Of a stretch of 64,000 nucleotides of DNA, positions 52,508 through 58,187 are shown piece by piece (within the stretch, counting starts at the first letter, position 1; each line of letters opens with the position of its first letter). The translations under genes and the position numbers were made by a program. The notes under the pieces were generated by a model that was not told the origin of the DNA, did no database searches, and saw nothing but the letters and a program-made list of their open reading frames with translations. Location of the stretch: positions 43,007-107,006 of IMG/VR virus record IMGVR_UViG_3300042868_011225; one strand, given 5' to 3'. This stretch comes from a virus.

Positions 52508-52918
52508 ATGGCAAAATTTGACGAACCATTTGAGGACACCCAAGCATTATATGACGAAAAAATCAAGGCTGTGGGGTTGGACCAATTCATTAACATTACC
52601 GTTGTTGTAAACAACACTGCGAAAGAACTTTTCAAGGTTAACAAAGCAAACGATTTATTGAAATACCGTACTGGTGACGATGTATTAATCGTTTTGAACG
52701 AAAAGATTTTCGAACAATTAACTGATGCTCAAAAACACATAGTTGTTGAAGATTCATTAGCTAGCATCCATTTTGATAGTGAAAAGGATAGACTAGTAAT
52801 AACAAAACCAGACGTAATTGCATACTCTGGTATCCTTTCTAAGTTCACGTTTGAAACTTGGAATGTGGTTAGAGAGTCCATTAAAACTCTTTATGCTGCT
52901 GAAAAATCCGAAGCTTAA
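52508..52918 (+). CDS. Hypothetical protein (weak resemblance to phage metallopeptidase fold, no HExxH)
   Basis: D..I.LNE..F..L...QK..V....L..I.........KPDV pattern. Confidence 0.55.
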   Translation: MAKFDEPFEDTQALYDEKIKAVGLDQFINITVVVNNTAKELFKVNKANDLLKYRTGDDVLIVLNEKIFEQLTDAQKHIVVEDSLASIHFDSEKDRLVITKPDVIAYSGILSKFTFETWNVVRESIKTLYAAEKSEA

Positions 52919-53217
52919 TGACTCGTGATGAAATAGCAGAAATTAATCCAGAAGCGTTATTGTGTGATGGATTCGATGAAGCAATTATAGGCATGGCCGA
53001 GAGAATTAACCTCGGCCCTGTTGTTGCTTATGATGTTGAAAAAATTATTGAAATTCTAATGAAAGATATGGAGGTTGAACCAGAAGATATCGAAGAAGGT
53101 CAAACAGAAGAAAGTGTTAAATATAGTATGGCACTTGAATATTTCGACTATAACATTATCGGTGCATGGATGGGTGAATTTACACCAGTATTCATAACCA
53201 CAAATTTAAATTATTAA
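52918..53217 (+). CDS. Conserved phage hypothetical protein
   Basis: DGFDEAIIG...VAYD..KII..L...A.EYF.YNI.GAW.GE.TP pattern. Confidence 0.75.
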   Translation: MTRDEIAEINPEALLCDGFDEAIIGMAERINLGPVVAYDVEKIIEILMKDMEVEPEDIEEGQTEESVKYSMALEYFDYNIIGAWMGEFTPVFITTNLNY

Positions 53218-53232
53218 AATTAAAACAAAAAT

Positions 53233-53952
53233 ATGAATTTAACAAATGACTTTAAACAATATGCCAAAGAGAATTTCGGTGTAACTGATTATGAATTCAA
53301 TACATGGGAAGGTATTCAACAAATGATTTACAACCCAACAGTATTATCTGGATTCCAAGGTGCCAATGCATCTTTAACACCATATATTCTTGAAGAAAGA
53401 GAAATGCGTGTAACACAAATGGATATTTTCTCTCGTTTGATGATGGACCGTATAATTTGGTTAGCTGGTCCAGTTAATGATAGAATGAGCACAGTAGTTC
53501 AAGCACAACTTATGTTCTTGGATAATTTAGAAGTAAAAGACATTACACTTCATGTTGACACACCTGGTGGGTCAGTTAAATCTGGGTTATCGATTGTAGA
53601 TGTCATCAACTACGTAAAATCTGAAATTGTTACAGTTAACACTGGTATGGCAGCAAGTATGGGAAGTATTTTATTGGGTGCTGGAACAAAAGGGAAACGT
53701 TATTCGTTGCCTAATAGTAGAGTAATGCTTCACCAAGTATCAACTGGTGCTTCTGGAAACATTCAAGATATCAGACGTTCAATTGCAGAAGGTGAAAAAT
53801 ATAATACTAAATTGTTTGCGTTGTTAGGTCAATATTGTGACAAAACACCAGAACAAGTGCTAGAAGATGCAAGTCGTGATTTATGGTTAGATGCTGAAGA
53901 AGCAAAAGCATACGGAATCATTGACGATATAATAACAACAAAGAAAAAATAA
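53233..53952 (+). CDS. clpP: ATP-dependent Clp protease proteolytic subunit
   Basis: DIFSRLMMDRII, PGGSV, GMAASMG (Ser), MLHQ (His), RDLW (Asp). Confidence 0.97.
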   Translation: MNLTNDFKQYAKENFGVTDYEFNTWEGIQQMIYNPTVLSGFQGANASLTPYILEEREMRVTQMDIFSRLMMDRIIWLAGPVNDRMSTVVQAQLMFLDNLEVKDITLHVDTPGGSVKSGLSIVDVINYVKSEIVTVNTGMAASMGSILLGAGTKGKRYSLPNSRVMLHQVSTGASGNIQDIRRSIAEGEKYNTKLFALLGQYCDKTPEQVLEDASRDLWLDAEEAKAYGIIDDIITTKKK

Positions 53953-54074
53953 AAATAATTACAAAAAAACTTGCATATAATAAAAAGATGTAGTACATTT
54001 GCACAAGATTTAAAGATATGTGGGTTTTTTAATGAAATCCACATATTTATAAATCACAAGTTCTTAAATATTAT

Positions 54075-54447
54075 GGGGATAAACGGTATCGACAGGGTAT
54101 GGTCGTAGATTGTAAGCATGTAGTGCTAGATTGGAAGCACTTTAATCTGTCTATTAAAAGATTGAATTGACAACGTATTTAACGTATCAGAAAATTTCTT
54201 GAACGAAGCATCAGTGTTTTCAACAAGAGAGTTAGCTGCAGCCTAAATGAAGCAAATGGTGGTAATCCACTTGATGGTGATAAATCACTAGAACCCACTT
54301 TCGTATGAGTGGTTAAGTCGGATACGGGTCATTATAGATATGGGACCAGCACTATCTTGAAAGATTGCCAGTTAAATGAATTGGATAAACATGTAGAAAG
54401 CCTTTTGTGAATGCTTTTGGACAGGGGTTCGACTCCCCTTATCTCCA
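54075..54447 (+). ncRNA. ssrA: tmRNA; tag reading frame 54169-54246 = (A)DNVFNVSENFLNEASVFSTRELAAA
   Basis: GGGGATA/TATCTCC acceptor stem with G3-U pair, GGTATCGAC 5' motif, T arm GGGGTTCGACTCCCC, tag ending LAAA-TAA; no encoded CCA. Confidence 0.95.
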
Positions 54448-54537
54448 CTCGTAATGATTCTGCTCAACAATAACCTTTGAGACAGAAATAACAAACCCCT
54501 GATAAGTCGCTTTTTCGGGGGTTAAATTTATCAAATA

Positions 54538-54560
54538 AAAAAAGGGCTTAATAGCCCTTT
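54538..54560. terminator. Bidirectional terminator
   Basis: aaaagggct-taat-agcccttt. Confidence 0.8.
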
Positions 54561-54562
54561 GA

Positions 54563-54613
54563 TTATTTTTTCGGTGGTTTACAACCACAACCTTTAGTGT
54601 TTTGTGTTTTCAT
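54563..54613 (-). CDS. Putative 16-aa peptide MKTQNTKGCGCKPPKK
   Basis: Has its own TATTTATA motif upstream (54645-54652 on the - strand) and a terminator right after the stop. Confidence 0.5.
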   Translation of the reverse strand: MKTQNTKGCGCKPPKK

Positions 54614-54687
54614 GATGTTAGATTTTAGATGATGTTATGTTATATATAAATACTTTACAAAATACATTTATATATTATATTTATATT

Positions 54688-54927
54688 ATGAATGAAATTA
54701 AATATACGGTGTCAATTCTAAACAGTAAATGGCATCCGATAAAAAGAAATGTAGAAATGGTTATCATCCCAAGAAGAGATGAATATGTCTATATGAATGA
54801 ACAATATTATGAAGTTCTTAATGTTGTTCATATGCTTAACGAAAAACAAGATATTTTTGTTATAGTTAAAGAAATGGTAAAAAATATTATACCACAAGAA
54901 CCTGAAAATCAGGACATTGAAAAATAA
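54688..54927 (+). CDS. Hypothetical protein
   Basis: Start moved to the ATG at 54688. Confidence 0.6.
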   Translation: MNEIKYTVSILNSKWHPIKRNVEMVIIPRRDEYVYMNEQYYEVLNVVHMLNEKQDIFVIVKEMVKNIIPQEPENQDIEK

Positions 54928-55022
54928 TTTAAAAATAGTTGCAAAAAAACTTGGAATATCATATATTTATTAGTAGATTTGCATATAATTAATAAAAACA
55001 CGTTCATACACATATTAAAAAA

Positions 55023-55241
55023 TATCTAAAAAGATGGTTTCTGCAAAAGAAACTAAAACAAACTAAATCAGATGAAGGAGTAAGGGTCTCCAGAGTTGTT
55101 CTTGAACCACATTGAAATAGCATGAGTTCATACATCCAACACGAAAGTGGCAAAATCCCAGATGTTGTGAGGGCATTTAAAATACTACTACCATGTACAC
55201 GCTAGTCAAGGAAAATAAAAGCGAACCACCATCTTGAGATA
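55023..55241 (+). ncRNA. CWGCAA end-stem RNA, copy 2
   Basis: TATCT-AAA-AAGATGGT-TT-CTGCAA ... ACCATCTT-G-AGATA; promoter element at 54974. Confidence 0.72.
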
Positions 55242-55247
55242 CACATA

Positions 55248-55315
55248 TTGACAAAAGAATCCGTTCAGCAATCAAACAACACTTTATTATGGAAAAACAA
55301 AGTGATTCTGGTCAA
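55248..55315 (+). ncRNA. CWGCAA end-stem RNA, copy 3
   Basis: TTGAC-AAA-AGAATC-CGTT-CAGCAA ... GATTCT-G-GTCAA. Confidence 0.7.
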
Positions 55316-55320
55316 CAATA

Positions 55321-55392
55321 TTATCGTGAGCACTAGGGAAGTGCGGCATCCATTGGGGGTGTTGGAAAAAGGTTCGAGTCCTTTACGATAGT
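55321..55392 (+). tRNA. Atypical tRNA/tRNA-like element, nominal anticodon TTG (Gln)
   Basis: Full cloverleaf: ttatcgt/acgatag, gcac/gtgc, gcatc-CATTGGG-ggtgt, aaagg-TTCGAGT-ccttt; but G8 and A33, and no CCA. Confidence 0.7.
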
Positions 55393-55409
55393 CTAATAAA
55401 ATTAAAAAC

Positions 55410-55727
55410 ATGTATAAAAACATTGAAGATAGACGAAGATGTGATGCAATTAGTAGACAAAAAAGAGTTGCAAAACAAAGAAAAGAAATCTTAGAGTTTT
55501 TAGGTGGTAAATGCATAGAATGTGGTTTTAATGATGATAGAGCATTAGCTATCGACCATAAATTTGGTGGTGGTACTAAAGAAAGGAAAGATATAGGCGG
55601 TGCTTATTATTCACATGTTCTAAAAAAATTAAAAGCAGGTACTGATGAATACCAAGTTCTTTGTTGTAATTGCAATCAAATTAAAAAGATTGTAAATAAT
55701 GAAGAAAGACTAAAAATACATAATTAA
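55410..55727 (+). CDS. HNH endonuclease (free-standing, homing-type)
   Basis: LGGKCIECG......IDH...YQVLCCNCN; sits between two tRNA genes. Confidence 0.85.
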   Translation: MYKNIEDRRRCDAISRQKRVAKQRKEILEFLGGKCIECGFNDDRALAIDHKFGGGTKERKDIGGAYYSHVLKKLKAGTDEYQVLCCNCNQIKKIVNNEERLKIHN

Positions 55728-55734
55728 AATATAA

Positions 55735-55807
55735 TGCGGAGTAGAGCAGTGGTTAGCTCGCAAGGCTCATAACCTTGAGGTCGGGGGTTCGATTCCTTCC
55801 TCCGCTA
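55735..55807 (+). tRNA. tRNA-Met(CAT), initiator type
   Basis: Cloverleaf with 1:72 mismatch (T:T), A11-U24 pair, caagg-CTCATAA-ccttg; CCA not encoded. Confidence 0.93.
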
Positions 55808-55811
55808 CTAA

Positions 55812-55875
55812 TTTTATTAGCAAACCCCCAATTTGGCGGTTTTAATTCCCATGAAACGGCATGGTGCTGGTAAAA
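55812..55875 (+). ncRNA. Putative three-way-junction RNA element B
   Basis: ttttattagca/tgctggtaaaa closing stem enclosing aacc..ggtt and ccatg/catgg hairpins. Confidence 0.45.
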
Positions 55876-55880
55876 GAAAT

Positions 55881-55946
55881 AAAGAATAGTTACAGCAAGT
55901 TAAAAAACTTTTAAATCTGAAAATTAAAACCAAACATGCTATTCTG
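55881..55946 (+). ncRNA. CWGCAA end-stem RNA, copy 4
   Basis: AA-AGAATAGT-TA-CAGCAA ... GCTATTCT-G; the outer stem is not evident. Confidence 0.65.
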
Positions 55947-55952
55947 AAACTT

Positions 55953-55982
55953 AAGAAGCCCATAGAAATATGGGCTTTCTTT
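55953..55982 (+). terminator. Intrinsic terminator closing the RNA cluster
   Basis: aagcccata-gaaa-tatgggcttt. Confidence 0.85.
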
Positions 55983-56012
55983 ATTAATAACAATAATTAA
56001 AAACAAAAACCA

Positions 56013-56694
56013 ATGGGACAAAAGATTCATTTAGAAATCCGTGATGCGGAAGGTGGAACAGATGCAAAGCTGTTGGTGGAACAGATGTTAGACATCTACA
56101 CCAAGACGGCAAGAATTAACAATTTAGAATGTAGCATAGTCGAAGAAAGAAGCGGCTTCGCCCATCTATGTCTTTAGCGGCCCAAAGGTAAAAGAGATAT
56201 TCCAGAATGAAGTAGGAAATCATCGTTGGCAAAGGGTCCCACCAACTGAAAAGAAGGGACGTGTTCACACCAGTTCAATTACCGTAGCAATAATGGAAGA
56301 AAACGATTATAAAGAGGTAGAATTATACCCTAACGAATATCGTTTAGAAACAACCAGAGGCACGGGAAATGGTGGCCAGCATAAAAACACTACAGATTCA
56401 TGTGTAGTAGTTACACACATAGCCACAAGCATCAAAGTAGTTCGAGATGGTAGAAATCAACACAAGAACAAAGAAGATGCGTTAAAAGAGCTTACAAAGC
56501 GTGTAAACGATTATTATAGAACAGGACACTTAGAAGAAAGCGTAGAAGAGCGAAGAGACCAAATCGGCAAAGGTGATAGAAGCGACAAACGTAGAACATA
56601 TAGAGTGAAAGATTCAATAGTAGTTGACCACATAACCAACAAAACAGCATCATTGAAAGATGTGCTTAGAGGTAAAATCGAATTACTATCATAA
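56013..56694 (+). CDS. RF1-like peptide chain release factor lacking domain 1, expressed via +1 frameshift at CTT-TAG-C (56172-56178); about 226 aa
   Basis: Frame 0 gives LEIR.AEGG.DAKL; the +1 frame continues NEVGNHRWQRVPPTEKKGRVHTS and GNGGQHKN..DS, ending RTY. Confidence 0.9.
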
Positions 56695-56699
56695 TTAAT

Positions 56700-56725
56700 T
56701 AAGTTCCCAATTTGGGAACTTTTTT
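56700..56725 (+). terminator. Intrinsic terminator
   Basis: aagttccca-att-tgggaactttttt. Confidence 0.88.
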
Positions 56726-56801
56726 ATTTTATAAAAGTTTGGTAGTTTAAAAAGTATTTCGTAAGTTTGATAAAATTATAAAAAAATAAAAATATAAAAT
56801 T

Positions 56802-57080
56802 ATGGCAGAAAAAAGAACATTTAAAGTATGTGCTACAGAATCATATTGTAGTTACATGATTAGAGAAGACATCACTATCAACGTTGATGATTATCCACAG
56901 TTAGAAGGTATGACTGATGAAGAAATTATAGATTACATTGAATCTAACTCAGAGGAGATGTTTAAAAATGGTGATGAAGAAAATGGTTCATTATGGGATG
57001 AAATGATAGAACAAGACATTAGACGTGATAAAATCACTGGTGAAGAATTTGGTGTAATTGTAGAAAAAGACGAAGAATAA
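56802..57080 (+). CDS. Acidic hypothetical protein
   Basis: 92 aa ORF after a host-type promoter element. Confidence 0.7.
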   Translation: MAEKRTFKVCATESYCSYMIREDITINVDDYPQLEGMTDEEIIDYIESNSEEMFKNGDEENGSLWDEMIEQDIRRDKITGEEFGVIVEKDEE

Positions 57081-57643
57081 TGAAGTATACTATAACATTT
57101 CATGGTCTAGGTTCAGAATTGACCATTGGCCATTTAGAGCAAGAAGAAAAAGAAATCATTAAATCGTTGATTGAAGATGAAGATTTATCTTTGGAAGAAA
57201 TTATGAATAATTCAGAAGACTATGGTATTGCACCATGGAATGAAATTGATGATGTTATTCATTTAACTGGACCATTTGCTGGGTTTATATTAACCGTTAC
57301 GGATGAGAATTCAAATGACGTGTTAGATATGTCTCATGAAGATTTAGATGAAGAATATCCAGAAGTTATTGATTACAAATATTTTGATGATGGCAACACT
57401 GATGAAGACATGGCTATTTGTTGTGTAACAACTGAAAAAGGTACTTTATTTGAAGCTGAATTTGAAGCGGATGAATTTGATATCAATAAATTAAAAATCG
57501 TTATGTATTCTGAAATACGTACAGATTTATATGAGCATGGTGACGTTGTTGATTCAGTAAGTTACGATGGTGTTGAATTGGATAACATCGGTGGTGATTC
57601 GTATGGAAAAGGGTTTGATGTTTATGTAAAATTAGAAGACTAA
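57080..57643 (+). CDS. Highly acidic hypothetical protein
   Basis: 187 aa, very D/E-rich. Confidence 0.75.
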   Translation: MKYTITFHGLGSELTIGHLEQEEKEIIKSLIEDEDLSLEEIMNNSEDYGIAPWNEIDDVIHLTGPFAGFILTVTDENSNDVLDMSHEDLDEEYPEVIDYKYFDDGNTDEDMAICCVTTEKGTLFEAEFEADEFDINKLKIVMYSEIRTDLYEHGDVVDSVSYDGVELDNIGGDSYGKGFDVYVKLED

Positions 57644-57644
57644 T

Positions 57645-58145
57645 ATGTTACCAAAATTACTTATTATAGGGAATATGAGACACGGCAAGGATACCTTTGC
57701 CGAAATTCTCAGAGATGAATTTGGATTAACCTTCATTTCATCATCACAAGCTGCAGCTGATATATTCATTTATGATGAATTAAAAGAAAAATACGGATAC
57801 ACAACATCGATTGAATGTTTTGAGGACCGTATGAATCATAGACAAGAATGGTATGAAATGATTTGCGATTATAACGTAGATGATAAAGCCAGACTTGCCA
57901 AAGGTATTTTAGAAATGGCTGATTGCTATGTTGGAATGCGAGATAGAGGTGAGATTGAAGAATGTATCAATCAAAACCTTTTTGATTTGGTTATTTGGAT
58001 TGATGCGAGTGAAAGACTTCCATTGGAAGATGTAAGTTCATTCAACATCGATAAATCATGTGCTGATATAATAATTGATAATAACGGTACAGAAGCCCAA
58101 TTTAGGGAACGAGTTAAAAGACTTGGAAAGATATTAAAAAAATAG
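57645..58145 (+). CDS. P-loop nucleotide (dNMP) kinase-like protein
   Basis: IIGNMRHGKDT Walker A, GMR...E, D.IIDNNG. Confidence 0.75.
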   Translation: MLPKLLIIGNMRHGKDTFAEILRDEFGLTFISSSQAAADIFIYDELKEKYGYTTSIECFEDRMNHRQEWYEMICDYNVDDKARLAKGILEMADCYVGMRDRGEIEECINQNLFDLVIWIDASERLPLEDVSSFNIDKSCADIIIDNNGTEAQFRERVKRLGKILKK

Positions 58146-58165
58146 GGCCTTATGGGCCCTTTTTT
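58144..58165 (+). terminator. Intrinsic terminator
   Basis: agggcc-ttatg-ggccct followed by a T tract. Confidence 0.85.
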
Positions 58166-58187
58166 ATTTTAATCGATATTTATTAGT

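Noticed and set aside
55265-55516. 83-aa - strand ORF across the RNA cluster
   Set aside because: It is antisense to a tRNA-like element and the HNH gene and shows no coding signal.
48967-55946. CWGCAA elements as a CRISPR array or transposon ends
   Set aside because: The copies are dispersed, differ in sequence while keeping pairing, lack regular spacing, and have no adjacent cas operon or transposase.
56293-56694. Stand-alone ArfB/PrfH-like 133-aa rescue factor, as called in the track
   Set aside because: Conserved RF1 sequence including the PxT motif continues upstream of this ATG and into the 0-frame ORF, so the gene is longer.
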